Positions 8,374 through 18,889 of a stretch of 64,000 bases of DNA are shown in pieces. The translations under genes and the position numbers were made by a program. Under the pieces are notes generated by a model. That model did not search any database and had not been told where the DNA came from. It was given only the letters and a program-made list of their open reading frames with translations. The DNA is from Ignavibacteria bacterium (GTDB taxonomy: Bacteria; Bacteroidota; Ignavibacteria; Tepidaquicellales; Tepidaquicellaceae), in NCBI GenBank assembly GCA_019187405.1, contig JABAQZ010000027.1, forward strand, positions 39,610 to 103,609, in the 5' to 3' direction. The stretch's first letter is position 1. Every line of letters starts with the position of its first letter.

Positions 8374-11300
8374 TCAGAAAAATGCTTTAATCTCGCCTCT
8401 GCCTGTATGAATGACTTTTCGTCCTCCTTCTGCCCTGCCGTCATAATTTAATGTTGCCTGAAGATTTTTGCTGATGCTGTAATCAAAGAACAATCTCCAG
8501 ATATAACTTTTTCCCGGAACGCTCCCGTTAGTAAGCTCATAAGGATAAGTCACTCCTGCATCATTAAGCAGAATTTCATCCCGTTGGAGTTCAAACCGCA
8601 CCCTTCCCTGAAGCGTAAAGGAATAAATAAATCTCAAAACTTGCTGATTAATGTCGGCAGTTGTAGGAACAAAAGGATAATAATCAGTAGCTCTGCTGAA
8701 ATTTATCTGAAAACCGCTTTCGACTTCTTGAATCGGTCTGTATGAAAAGTCCGTGATCACCCCGTCTGATTTGATGTTTCTGTTTCTTACTGAGTTTGAA
8801 GGAGCATCATTTCTGTCAACTTTATTCTGATATTCCAGAAATGTAGTAAGATCTTTTGTAAGTCCGAGCTTCAGCTTTACTGACTTTTGAATGGTGAAGA
8901 ATCTTTCGTTTCCGCTGACAAACTGGTTAAATGTTTTTTGCTCAATGTATCTGAGTTTCAGCGAATAGTTTGGATTGAATTCAAAAAAATTAATGTCCTG
9001 TTGAAACAGCTGTGTACCGAAAAGCGTATTTGAGTCATTCTGAAAAGTTGAAAAGTTAAGAAAATAAATATTATCCGTATTCGGATCCTGACTGTTTTCT
9101 TCCGTTCGAAAATAAGTTTCCGTTGAAATATTTCTTAATACATCGGAGAAAAAATCATCTCCGGAAATTGTAAAAAATCTCGAAGGTCTGAAATTTAGTC
9201 TTGCTGAAGTATTGAGACCGGTTATTGGAAACAGCTGTGTGGACTGGCGGAAGATTCTGATGTAATTACCGTCATTAAAATTTGTAAGTTGAAATTCATT
9301 TTCATCCTTAAGTCCGTTGCCGTTCAGGTCTCCGAGATAAATATAATTGCCTTCTCCTAAAGGAACCTGCACAAAATCTTTTTCTCTTTTTGATTCCCTT
9401 TCACTTGTAACATTATAATACAAATCCGTCTGCAGTCCCGTATTAAACGGGTCAATCCTTGTCTGCCAGTTAACCAGCGCTGTTTTGCTGTTGGTATTGG
9501 TTTCCGAAACAAATTCATCTGTAAATTTTTTATTTCTGAAAGTAAGTTCAAAAATTGTCGACAGCCATTGAAGCCCTCTGTATCCGACTCCGTATGTCTG
9601 TGTAAAAGCTTCGCTTTCTTTTTGCATAACGCCTCCGACAGGCAGATTATCTTCTCTGTATCCGAATTCAGTAAAGATGTTCAGATTTTCAAAATTATTC
9701 AGAATGAACTTCGGCTTTATTTCGTAATAAGAAAAACTTCCTGATGTCAGGCTGTCGTTTCTAACCGTACCGATATTGTTTTCCCTGTTTTCCTGAATGT
9801 AATCTGCTCTGAATTCGAGATTCGTATTTTCAAATGACAAACCTCCGAAATATTTTCTGTAACCTGCCGTTGCGAATTGCCTGATCCAACTGCTTTTTGT
9901 GTTTATTGTTCTGTTGTCTGATTTAATGTATTCTATTCTGTATCTCGCATCAGGTATTCCCATTGTATCGTTTCTAATAAAAAATTCTCCCGTTGCTCTG
10001 GTTGCGTCAAATAAATCTCCTCTTAAAAGCTGACCGAATGACGCATTGAAGTTCATGTAATTTACCGGAGACAGATTCAAATATGCTTCATGAAGATTTT
10101 CCGTAAGTTTATTTGAATCCTGAATGTCATATTCTCTGTAAAACTCTACCGGATTGTATCTCTCAAGAGGAGTAAAAATTTTGTTTACCAGTTTTTCTCT
10201 GAGTTTAAGTTCAAATGCATTCAGCTTCATGCCAAACAGCTTGAAATCATATTTGTTTATTCCGAGTTCACCAAGCATTGCTACACCTGAATTGTTGTTG
10301 TCATCCGCATCGGAAAATTTATTTGCATCCAGTACAGAAACGGCAGACTCGAGATTAAATGTAAACTCTTTTCTCGGAGATGATTCATATTTTAAGTTTA
10401 TATCAGCCACCTGATATGAATTCGGAATGGGTATGAAAATAACCGTATCATAGATTCCCTGTCCCGGTCCTTTAAAGTTATACTGATAAGAGCTTTCCTG
10501 AACATAATTTCCTTTTCCCTGTCCGACAAACGAAAATACCACCTGATAAACTGCAGATGAATCCCCCGGTAAATACTTGTAATATGAAAGAGTTTCTTTA
10601 TTTATGATTGTATCTGCTTTGGCATAAAGTCCGAGACCTATTCCGGTGGAAGTATCGGCGCCGACAAACTGTACTCCCGATTTCACGGCTTTAAATTTAT
10701 CATCGCCTGCATTGGTAAGTATTTCCCTGTCTTCTTCAGTTAAAGTAAAATCAATAGTTTTATCTTCATTATCATTTTCATTAACATAAGATGCCGATAG
10801 TGAGAGTTTGTTATTAAGAAACCTCAGCTCATTTGCTCCGGTAATAATTGATCGTGAATATTTTCTGTCAGTATATTCAAAGTCAACAATTATTCTCGAT
10901 GCGCTTGTAATGAGGCGTTTATTTGTAAAAGTTATCGTTCCGATTCCGTAATCTATAACATAATCTGCCTGTTCGCCTCTTGTCATAGAAACGCCGTCGA
11001 GATAAACCTGTTCTGAACCGGATAAAACGAGAATGTTAAGTTCGTTATCATTTCCAACAAGTATGTAAGGTCCCTGATTGTTGTCCTGACCGTTGAAAGA
11101 ATTTGAGCTGAACTTACCTCTCTGTATAGCGCCGCTTAAAATAATATTGCCTGGTCCGTAGTCGCTGTATGCTTTTGCACCCTGTATTTTCCTTTTGAAA
11201 TTCATAAACTCGGTGTTAATAATATCCACGTTAATGTCGCCGATCGTTCCGGTAAAGCGGGGATTTTTAATTTCAATAAATACATTGTCAAGCTCCTGTA

Positions 11301-11922
11301 GTTTTTCGGTATTTCCTTCCGGCTGAATCGGCGAGCTTTCGTCCGTAAGTGCGGCATTGATTTCAAAATCACTTGAGAGTCTTCCGTTAAGCTGAAGGCG
11401 GAATCCGGAATTTACGGTGAGGTCTTGATTTGAACCAAGTGTTATGCCGCGGAAAAGACTGCCTGATTTTTCAAGATCGGTTCCTTCAAATATGCTTCCG
11501 ATGAAATCTTTTTTTTGAGTTGCAATCTGAATAGTATCTCCTGTGATGGTATCAGTTTCTATTACAACGTCAAAATTAGAATATTCCTGCTTAAATGAAT
11601 AAGGAAAAACATCATATTCTATTTTAAGATTATAAATCTGAAATGTATCGAGATTGTATTTTTTGAAAAGGTCTTTGCTCAGAAATATAATTCCGTCTCT
11701 GTAATTAAAATCATAGTCGCTGTATGGAGTAAGAATGGTATTTTGAAGTGTAAGTATATCAGAAAATTGTATGACAAAATTGTCGCCCAGAGTTATCAGA
11801 GAATCCTGATAACCGATTTTTGCAATCTGAGTTTTTACGTTCGGATTATCCTGCTGTGAAAAAACCGCACCGGCGGTTATTAAGATCAGCAGAAATTTTA
11901 AACAAATCCTGTTTAATACCAT
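8374..11922 (-). CDS. Very large predicted outer-membrane beta-barrel protein, family not recognised
   Basis: Long ORF. The internal Met giving MVLNRICLKFLLILITAGAVFSQQ (signal peptide) is preferred over the track start at 11985. Alternating beta-strand-like composition throughout and a C-terminal ..GEIKAFF (terminal Phe typical of OMPs). Confidence 0.6.
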   Translation of the reverse strand: MVLNRICLKFLLILITAGAVFSQQDNPNVKTQIAKIGYQDSLITLGDNFVIQFSDILTLQNTILTPYSDYDFNYRDGIIFLSKDLFKKYNLDTFQIYNLKIEYDVFPYSFKQEYSNFDVVIETDTITGDTIQIATQKKDFIGSIFEGTDLEKSGSLFRGITLGSNQDLTVNSGFRLQLNGRLSSDFEINAALTDESSPIQPEGNTEKLQELDNVFIEIKNPRFTGTIGDINVDIINTEFMNFKRKIQGAKAYSDYGPGNIILSGAIQRGKFSSNSFNGQDNNQGPYILVGNDNELNILVLSGSEQVYLDGVSMTRGEQADYVIDYGIGTITFTNKRLITSASRIIVDFEYTDRKYSRSIITGANELRFLNNKLSLSASYVNENDNEDKTIDFTLTEEDREILTNAGDDKFKAVKSGVQFVGADTSTGIGLGLYAKADTIINKETLSYYKYLPGDSSAVYQVVFSFVGQGKGNYVQESSYQYNFKGPGQGIYDTVIFIPIPNSYQVADINLKYESSPRKEFTFNLESAVSVLDANKFSDADDNNNSGVAMLGELGINKYDFKLFGMKLNAFELKLREKLVNKIFTPLERYNPVEFYREYDIQDSNKLTENLHEAYLNLSPVNYMNFNASFGQLLRGDLFDATRATGEFFIRNDTMGIPDARYRIEYIKSDNRTINTKSSWIRQFATAGYRKYFGGLSFENTNLEFRADYIQENRENNIGTVRNDSLTSGSFSYYEIKPKFILNNFENLNIFTEFGYREDNLPVGGVMQKESEAFTQTYGVGYRGLQWLSTIFELTFRNKKFTDEFVSETNTNSKTALVNWQTRIDPFNTGLQTDLYYNVTSERESKREKDFVQVPLGEGNYIYLGDLNGNGLKDENEFQLTNFNDGNYIRIFRQSTQLFPITGLNTSARLNFRPSRFFTISGDDFFSDVLRNISTETYFRTEENSQDPNTDNIYFLNFSTFQNDSNTLFGTQLFQQDINFFEFNPNYSLKLRYIEQKTFNQFVSGNERFFTIQKSVKLKLGLTKDLTTFLEYQNKVDRNDAPSNSVRNRNIKSDGVITDFSYRPIQEVESGFQINFSRATDYYPFVPTTADINQQVLRFIYSFTLQGRVRFELQRDEILLNDAGVTYPYELTNGSVPGKSYIWRLFFDYSISKNLQATLNYDGRAEGGRKVIHTGRGEIKAFF

Positions 11923-12122
11923 CTTAATAAATATGAAAATATTTATTAGTTTATAAGCATTCAATACAATATATTGTATAACCAAACTAAATTTGAAACT
12001 AAAAGAGTTTCAAATAAAGATAGGTTATAGTAAATCTTCTTTGACAAAGTAAAGATTTAAATAGGTATTATTTTATAGTTAGAATTTCTTTTTGTATAAA
12101 GTTACATTGCAATGTATTTGAT

Positions 12123-12308
12123 ATGGACAAAGAAAAAATAAAACATACATATAAATGGGATCCTTCACTCGGAGATTATTCAAAGAGCTATACTTCTTAT
12201 GAAAAAAGGATTCTCGAAAAAGAACAAAAGAAAAGGTTTTATCTGATAACAGGGTTTGTTATTGTACTAATATTAACCGTAGTAATTTTACTGATAAAGT
12301 TTATTTGA
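12123..12308 (+). CDS. Small single-pass membrane protein (hypothetical)
   Basis: 61-aa ORF in an otherwise empty gap, with a C-terminal TM FYLITGFVIVLILTVVILLIKFI. No homology recognised. Confidence 0.35.
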   Translation: MDKEKIKHTYKWDPSLGDYSKSYTSYEKRILEKEQKKRFYLITGFVIVLILTVVILLIKFI

Positions 12309-12414
12309 TTTACTTAATTTCTGTTTTTTCTTTTAAGTAAAGACTTCACAAACTTTTTAGTAAATTTTTTTTTTGAATAGCGAAAGTGATTTCTTAATCT
12401 CTGACATAAGGAAA

Positions 12415-14697
12415 TTAAAACTGTACGCTAATTCCACCGACGGGAAAAAATGCCCACTGATAAATAGTTCCCGGCTTTTTCGAATTTTCATTCCAGTAAT
12501 AAGAATATATATTTTCCCTGTCCAAAACATTTTGTAGCTCGACATATCCGATAATACTCGTGCTTTTAAAATCAAATTTCTTGTCAACGCGAATATCAAT
12601 TCTCATGTAATAAGGATATCTTGCGCTGTTAAATTGGTCGGTAGCATAAACTTCTCTGTTCACCTCTTTCGAAGCTTCATAATCGATTGGCGTGTAAGGT
12701 CTTCCGCCTGCATATTTAAATTTAAATCCCGCTAACCAGCCATCATTGAACTGATATCCGCAAATTAGCGTAAACTGATGTCCAGGGTCGTATGCTCCTG
12801 GTTTTTCGCCTCCGGCAAGTGCAGTAAAACCCGATTTGATATACGAATAATTTATCATGCCGTATAATCCGTTTCTTGAGGATAATTTTTTTTGAATGGT
12901 AATATCAAATCCGTAAGCATATCCAGTGCCTGCACTGACAGCTTCACCAACTATGTTGGGACCAAAATCCGCCCCTCCGTCAATGAGTATGTAATTTGGA
13001 ATGTCTTTCCAGACAGGATAATCTTTGTATCTTTTGTAATAAGTCTCGGCTGTTGCTTTCAGGTCGCCGGAAAAATAATGCTCTAATCCTGCGATAAAAT
13101 GTTCGCTTCTGATACTGTTAAGATTTTTATTTACCGGTGCAGAACTCAGCCAGATGTATTCAGGCGTCTGATAATAAATTCCGTATGCGGCATTTAGCGA
13201 AGTAATTCCACTTAGCTTATAAGAAATTCCGATTCGGGGAGAAAAATATGTCTTTAACCTGATGTAATCAAAATAATCTATTCTGATACCTGTATTGAGA
13301 ATTAAAGCATCGTTAAAGAGTTTAGAAGTCAGATTCATGTGTGAAAAAAGTTTAACCGATTTGATATTAAAATCCGAGTTAATTGTATCATAAGCATATC
13401 CTGCAGCGCTTGTATCTCCTGCAAGAAAAATCAGATTGTTTATATTTGCGGATTTTAATCCGGCGCCTGCGTTTAAAGTAAACAAATTTGAAAGTTTGTA
13501 ATTTATTGCAGAGCGCAGAATGAATTCATTATTGGCAGCCGTGTTTTTAAATACAGGTAATGCCGACTCTCCGTCAATCTGCAAGATGTAATTATCCGTG
13601 TATGAATCCGACAATACAGTTTCTATATATCCTTTTTTAAAAATTTTTTTATAATTAATACCTGCGCCTAATGTTTTCTGATTTACATTTGAGTTACCGT
13701 AAGGATTGTCTTCGGCAGATTCTTCCGAGAAATCAATTTTATCCAGACCGAGAAGTCCTATAAGAGTTAGCTTGTCTTCAGAAGATAAATCATAAGTGCA
13801 TTTTAAATTGACATCCCAGTAATTAGGTACTGAAGTGAGTCTGATGGCATCTCTTAACAGCTCGAGATAGCTTCTTCTGACGGAAAACAAAAATGTTCCT
13901 TTTTTGGCGAGAGGTCCTTCAAAGATTCCGCCGAATCCTGCCAGTGAAAGATTTACATCGCCGAAAAATTTTTTTCTGCTTCCTTCACGAAAATTAATAT
14001 CGATTACACCCGATAGTTTATCGCCGTATATTGATGGAAATCCTCCCGTTAAAATATTTGTCTCGCGAATGAATTTTGAGTTAATGAATCCTATTGCTCC
14101 GCTGGATGAACCATCGGTTCCGAAATGATTTATGTTTGGGATTTCTATGCCGTCTATCATGATGAGATTTTCCGAAGGCGAGCCACCGCGGATAATGAGG
14201 TCATTTCTCTGATCATTTCCAATTGAAATTCCGGGAGCAGTCTGCAGCATTCGGGAAATGTCTTCGGTAGCTCCAGGAGCTCGGCGGATCTCTTCAAAAT
14301 CAAGATTTGTCGTGCTTAGATTTACCGCGGAGCTTTGCTGGAAATAATTTGACCTCACGTCAATTTGTTCCGTATAAATTCCCCGTGGAATTAAAGTTAT
14401 AGTTACTTCAAGCGGCTTGCTTGCATAAACGATTAAATCTGATTTGACGGAAGATTCATATCCCTTGCAAGTAATTTTTATCTGATATGAATCATACTTC
14501 AGTTTTTTAAATTCAAATTCTCCTGCATCATCAGAAATTGATTTTTCACCTGAGTTTATCAGTTCAACGGAAGCATTCTTAACAGGATTCTGAGTTTCCA
14601 TGTCAACAATTTTTCCTTTTATGATACCGTTTTCCTGTGAAAACAATAATTCCGGAAAGACAGCCGACAGAATAAATAAAATATATATCTTAAACAT
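12415..14697 (-). CDS. TonB-dependent receptor with N-terminal carboxypeptidase-regulatory-like domain
   Basis: Signal peptide, then GIIKGKIVDMETQNPVKNASVEL (CarbopepD_reg-like), a plug (..DISRMLQTAPGISIGNDQRNDLIIRGGSPSENLIMIDGIEIPN..) and a barrel ending ..GGISVQF. Confidence 0.85.
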   Translation of the reverse strand: MFKIYILFILSAVFPELLFSQENGIIKGKIVDMETQNPVKNASVELINSGEKSISDDAGEFEFKKLKYDSYQIKITCKGYESSVKSDLIVYASKPLEVTITLIPRGIYTEQIDVRSNYFQQSSAVNLSTTNLDFEEIRRAPGATEDISRMLQTAPGISIGNDQRNDLIIRGGSPSENLIMIDGIEIPNINHFGTDGSSSGAIGFINSKFIRETNILTGGFPSIYGDKLSGVIDINFREGSRKKFFGDVNLSLAGFGGIFEGPLAKKGTFLFSVRRSYLELLRDAIRLTSVPNYWDVNLKCTYDLSSEDKLTLIGLLGLDKIDFSEESAEDNPYGNSNVNQKTLGAGINYKKIFKKGYIETVLSDSYTDNYILQIDGESALPVFKNTAANNEFILRSAINYKLSNLFTLNAGAGLKSANINNLIFLAGDTSAAGYAYDTINSDFNIKSVKLFSHMNLTSKLFNDALILNTGIRIDYFDYIRLKTYFSPRIGISYKLSGITSLNAAYGIYYQTPEYIWLSSAPVNKNLNSIRSEHFIAGLEHYFSGDLKATAETYYKRYKDYPVWKDIPNYILIDGGADFGPNIVGEAVSAGTGYAYGFDITIQKKLSSRNGLYGMINYSYIKSGFTALAGGEKPGAYDPGHQFTLICGYQFNDGWLAGFKFKYAGGRPYTPIDYEASKEVNREVYATDQFNSARYPYYMRIDIRVDKKFDFKSTSIIGYVELQNVLDRENIYSYYWNENSKKPGTIYQWAFFPVGGISVQF

Positions 14698-14882
14698 TGA
14701 ATAATCTTTCTCTGCGGGAAAGGTAGTTCAAATTAAGATTATATTTTTTTTGGATAAAGTTAAATTTTACTGTTGAAAAAAATTGATGTTCTGAAAAATG
14801 TATTATCAGCAAAGACGAGAATAATGATAAAGCCAAGGCAGAGTTTTCCGTGATTAAAAATTTATTATGTGAAATGTCACAA

Positions 14883-14912
14883 TCCGGAAAACCCTGCAAA
14901 AATTTTCCGGTT
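14883..14912 (-). terminator. Hairpin terminator after the beta-helix gene
   Basis: CCGGAAAA-ccctgcaaaaa-TTTTCCGG lies immediately after the stop at 14916 (minus strand). Confidence 0.5.
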
Positions 14913-14915
14913 AAA

Positions 14916-16328
14916 TTATTTCAGCAACATCATACGCTTCGTTTCCGAAAAATTTCCTGCTTTCAAAACATACAAATACACTCCGCTGGGAAATCCCGAG
15001 CCGTCAAATTCAGCTTCATAACTTCCGGGAGATTTATGCTCGTTAACAAGTACCGCTGATTGCTTTCCCAGTGCATCATATATTTTCAAAGAAACAAAGA
15101 TGCTCCGATCATTGAGATCAGATAAAGTATAACCGATAATAGTTTTCGGATTGAAAGGATTTGGATAATTCTGAAACAAAATTATGCTTTCGGGATTTAA
15201 TGCTTGCTGATTTGAATTTACTCCGACGGTAGTATTTGCAATAACACTGCTGAACGGTCCGCCGTATGCGCCCATGTCATTTCTAAGAGTTCCTCTTGAA
15301 GGCCACTTTGCTTGACCCGGATTTCCCGGATCCTGCGGATCGTTGTAAACAATACTGCTGTCGCCTTTGTCAATGCATGGAGAAGAACTTCTTAAATAAT
15401 AATTTGAAGAATCAAACATTGGCTCGACATTAATATTGCCGGCTCCCGAAAATCCGCCCTGAACGTTGCAATATCTTACGGTAAGCCCGCTTCCGGATAT
15501 CTGTACACTTGAACCTGCCGTGTTTCCCCAGACAATGTTGTTTCTTAAAGTTGCCGGCGCGCCCAAGCTGTAAACTCCGGCAGTTCCGCTCAAAGCCGTG
15601 TTGAATACTATCGTATTATTTTCCACAAGCACAGGTCTTGAGAAAGAACCGTTTATCCATAAGCCTGAGCCGGCTCCAAATTCAAGCGAGCCGTAATTTT
15701 TATAAACAATATTATTCCTGTATTCGCCGCCGGTATAATTAAGGACAATTCCTGCACCGTATCTTCCGGTATTGTTAGTGACGACGTTATTGTAAAATCT
15801 CGGATAACTGTCGCCAATTCTTATGCCTCCGCCTCCCGTACTACTCACGCCTCCGGACGGAGTCTGATTACCATGTATGATGTTGTGCTGTATTACAGGT
15901 CTGGCGTATTGTATCAGCACGCCACCGCCTTCTCTATATAATCCAGCGCCGTGTTCATCCATCCACTTTGTGCCTGTGCCTCCTGTAATTGAAAAGCCCT
16001 GAAGAACTGCCGTAGAATCCTCATTGCCGGAGATGATTACACAACTTCCGGTATCCGGAAATTGCGGAGTGCTGCCGTTGATGATGGTAGTATGGATAAA
16101 TGAATAATCGTTGTTCACATAATACCGGCTTGTAAGCACAATGTTTTTTCCTCTGAAATTTATGTTTTCGAAATACGTTCCCGGCTGAACAAGTATGGTA
16201 TCATGATGTGAACTGGCATTTATCGCCGATTGAATTGTACTATACTGTGAGGGTACATTTCTTATTAATGCAATTGCAGGTAGGTTAACTGCAAACAGGA
16301 AAATTAAAATGAGTTTTACTCTGTTCAT
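14916..16328 (-). CDS. Secreted right-handed parallel beta-helix repeat protein with T9SS C-terminal sorting domain
   Basis: Signal peptide, Gly/Asn-rich beta-helix repeats (..NNVVTNNTGRYGAGIVL..NNIVYKNYG..), and a C-terminal ..FQNYPNPFNPKTIIGYTL...GVYLYVLKAGNFSETKRMMLLK tail. Confidence 0.8.
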   Translation of the reverse strand: MNRVKLILIFLFAVNLPAIALIRNVPSQYSTIQSAINASSHHDTILVQPGTYFENINFRGKNIVLTSRYYVNNDYSFIHTTIINGSTPQFPDTGSCVIISGNEDSTAVLQGFSITGGTGTKWMDEHGAGLYREGGGVLIQYARPVIQHNIIHGNQTPSGGVSSTGGGGIRIGDSYPRFYNNVVTNNTGRYGAGIVLNYTGGEYRNNIVYKNYGSLEFGAGSGLWINGSFSRPVLVENNTIVFNTALSGTAGVYSLGAPATLRNNIVWGNTAGSSVQISGSGLTVRYCNVQGGFSGAGNINVEPMFDSSNYYLRSSSPCIDKGDSSIVYNDPQDPGNPGQAKWPSRGTLRNDMGAYGGPFSSVIANTTVGVNSNQQALNPESIILFQNYPNPFNPKTIIGYTLSDLNDRSIFVSLKIYDALGKQSAVLVNEHKSPGSYEAEFDGSGFPSGVYLYVLKAGNFSETKRMMLLK

Positions 16329-16369
16329 TTTCTTTTTTTAAATTTTGAATAAAAAAGTTGAAAGTAAGG

Positions 16370-17254
16370 TTAATTGAAATTAAAAATTTTTTTGAATTCA
16401 CTGCTTTTAAGAATTTCATTCAGTGATTTTACAAAATCCGGAGTTTCGTGAAACGGATGTTTTCTGAATAAAGCAACTGCTTTTTTTTCAAACAATTTGT
16501 CAGTCATTTCGATTTTCCCGGGTACGGCTTTCTCAATTGTTCTCAAATAATTTTTACTAAAGAGAAGGTTATCAGGATTCACATGACCGTTGAGCATCAT
16601 GAGTTTGGTTTTCTTTTCGCAATGACAGGGATTGCTTTTCTTAATAAGTCCGCATTTATCATTCATAAAATTTGCCAGCTGTTTTCTTGCACGCGATAGT
16701 TTTTGCCTGAAATTATCTTTGCTTATATCCAAAATTTCGCTTCCGGCAGCATCGCTTATGTTAAACATGTTTCCGAGAATAAAAATAAGTCTTTGTTCCC
16801 TGTCAAGACACAGAAGCATGGCATTCATGCATCCTATTTTTGTTTCTTCAATAAGCAAATTCAAATCAACAGGTACGCTGTCTCTGTCCGGCAGTTCCAT
16901 GTCGGGAGAAGTTATAATTTCATCTCCGTATTTTTTAAACGAAAAATAATGAAATTCCATTTTTCTTTTCTTCATGTTGATAACATGATTACTAACTATT
17001 CTGTAAGCCCATGTTCTGAAGCTACTTTCCATTCTGAAAGAGGATAATTTAGTTATTATCTTGATGAGTGTTTCCTGAGTTACATCTTCGGCATCGGCTG
17101 GATCCCAGACCATTCGTAAAGCAATGTTATAAATCCATGCCTGATGACGCTTGATCAGCTGTTCGAGACTTTTTTTATCACCAGCAACGGATAATTCAAC
17201 AAGTTTTTCATCGGGAGGGAAATCAGAAATATTTTCTTTAAAAGGATTTGTCAT
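16370..17254 (-). CDS. ECF-type sigma factor with ~100-aa C-terminal extension
   Basis: Region 2 (DAEDVTQETLIKIITKL..FRTWAYRIVSNHVINMKK) and region 4 (..ISDAAGSEILDISKDNFRQKLSRARKQL), followed by an extra tail containing CGLIKKSNPCHCEKK. Confidence 0.8.
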   Translation of the reverse strand: MTNPFKENISDFPPDEKLVELSVAGDKKSLEQLIKRHQAWIYNIALRMVWDPADAEDVTQETLIKIITKLSSFRMESSFRTWAYRIVSNHVINMKKRKMEFHYFSFKKYGDEIITSPDMELPDRDSVPVDLNLLIEETKIGCMNAMLLCLDREQRLIFILGNMFNISDAAGSEILDISKDNFRQKLSRARKQLANFMNDKCGLIKKSNPCHCEKKTKLMMLNGHVNPDNLLFSKNYLRTIEKAVPGKIEMTDKLFEKKAVALFRKHPFHETPDFVKSLNEILKSSEFKKIFNFN

Positions 17255-17463
17255 GATATTGAAATAAATTTTCTTATATACATATTGACAGTTTTATAGG
17301 TCAAGTGTGACAAAGTAAAATCAGTTTTTTAGGATCTTCATACAGACTTAAACAAAAACAAGTTCTATTGAGCACAAATATACTTAAAATACAGGTAATA
17401 TAAATAAATTGATTAAACGAAAATAATTTAGAACATTTGCACTCTATTTAAATTATTACAGAA

Positions 17464-17727
17464 ATGAATAAAGCACAGCATGAAAAAGAAGACCATGAAA
17501 AGCTTGTAACTGTTTTTGAAACGGGAAACGAAGCCGTGGTTGCAGTGGTAAAATCCATATTAGATGAGGCAAAAATTAGGTATCTTGCGCAGGGTGAAGG
17601 AGTTCAGGATCTTTTTGGTGTCGGAGTAATCGGAACCGGATTTAATCCCATTACCGGACCGGTCGAGTTTAAAGTCATGCCGGAAGACGAAGAATATGCC
17701 CGAGAACTTTTAAAAGACATTAAATAA
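17464..17727 (+). CDS. Small DUF2007-like (putative signal-transducing) protein
   Basis: 87 aa. LVTVFETGNEAVVAVVKSILDEAKIRYLAQGE resembles DUF2007 proteins; the assignment is by eye. Confidence 0.5.
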   Translation: MNKAQHEKEDHEKLVTVFETGNEAVVAVVKSILDEAKIRYLAQGEGVQDLFGVGVIGTGFNPITGPVEFKVMPEDEEYARELLKDIK

Positions 17728-17770
17728 TATTAAACACAAAATCCCCCGGAACTAAAGTTTCTGAAATTTT

Positions 17771-18280
17771 ATGACTGAAATAAAATACGGAATCTTCACA
17801 TCATTTTTATTATTTATCTGGATGATACTCGTATATACTCTTATAATTCCCAACTTTCATCAGTCAAAAATGTTTATCGGATTCCTTGCTCTTATATTTC
17901 CGGCAATCGGAATATATTTCGGAATTAAAGAAAGAAGGGACAAATCAAATTTCGGATTCATAAAATTCAAGGATGCTTTTAGAACAGGAATAGTTATTAC
18001 ATTTATACTTACCGTAATGATAGTACTTTTTACCTATGCATATTACAAATTTGTAAATCCGGGATATGTAAATTATGTAGCTTACGAAACCGAAAAAGCG
18101 CTGATGAATGCAAATCTAAGCAGACAGATCATTGACGAAGAAGTAGCAACGGTAAAATATAAATTCAGATTTGACATTCAGATAATTCAGCAGCTTCTAT
18201 ATGTTCTCATAGGAGGCACAATCATATCTTTAATTGCAGCACAGATTCTGAAAAAAGAAAAGCGGGGAATTTCCGTCTGA
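17771..18280 (+). CDS. Four-TM membrane protein (DUF4199-like)
   Basis: 169 aa with about four hydrophobic helices. Family assignment is tentative. Confidence 0.5.
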   Translation: MTEIKYGIFTSFLLFIWMILVYTLIIPNFHQSKMFIGFLALIFPAIGIYFGIKERRDKSNFGFIKFKDAFRTGIVITFILTVMIVLFTYAYYKFVNPGYVNYVAYETEKALMNANLSRQIIDEEVATVKYKFRFDIQIIQQLLYVLIGGTIISLIAAQILKKEKRGISV

Positions 18281-18283
18281 AAT

Positions 18284-18865
18284 ATGAAAAGCATCTGTGT
18301 CTTTTGCGGATCAAATTCCGGTAAAGGAACTAAACATCTACAGACAGCACAGCGACTCGGAAAACTCATCGCAGAAAAAAATCTCACGCTTATTTACGGC
18401 GGCGGTAATATAGGAATCATGGGCGAGCTCGCTAATACCGTTCTTCAGTACAATGGAGATGTTACCGGAGTCATACCGGAAAATCTTGTGCAAAGAGAAG
18501 CGGCATTAAAAGAAGTTACAAATCTTATTGTCGTAAATTCAATGCATGATAGAAAAGCAAAAATGATGGAACTCTCGGACGGATTCATAGCTATGTCGGG
18601 AGGCATCGGAACGCTCGAGGAATTTTTTGAAGTCTGGACATGGGCTCAGCTTGGAATTCATTCAAAACCGATAGGTCTATTGAATACTGATAATTATTTC
18701 GGAGGAATGATAGAGTTTCTGACTAATTCAGTCAGTCAGGAATTTCTGAAGAGGGAAATTTTTGAAATGATTATTATAGATGACAATGCCGAATCGATGA
18801 TTGAAAGAATGAATAATTACACTCCTCTTCAAGTTGATAAATGGATTGATAAAAATCAGACATGA
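18284..18865 (+). CDS. LOG family protein (cytokinin riboside 5'-monophosphate phosphoribohydrolase-like, TIGR00730 type)
   Basis: ICVFCGSNSGKG...LIYGGGNIGIMGELANTV...MHDRKAKMMELSDGFIAMSGGIGTLEEFFE motifs. Confidence 0.9.
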   Translation: MKSICVFCGSNSGKGTKHLQTAQRLGKLIAEKNLTLIYGGGNIGIMGELANTVLQYNGDVTGVIPENLVQREAALKEVTNLIVVNSMHDRKAKMMELSDGFIAMSGGIGTLEEFFEVWTWAQLGIHSKPIGLLNTDNYFGGMIEFLTNSVSQEFLKREIFEMIIIDDNAESMIERMNNYTPLQVDKWIDKNQT

Positions 18866-18889
18866 ATTTTATCAAGTTAGTTCGGAATT

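Noticed and set aside
8374-11985. Track start of the large OMP at 11985
   Set aside because: The first 21 codons precede a canonical signal peptide that begins at the Met at 11922. The downstream start is preferred, though not proven.
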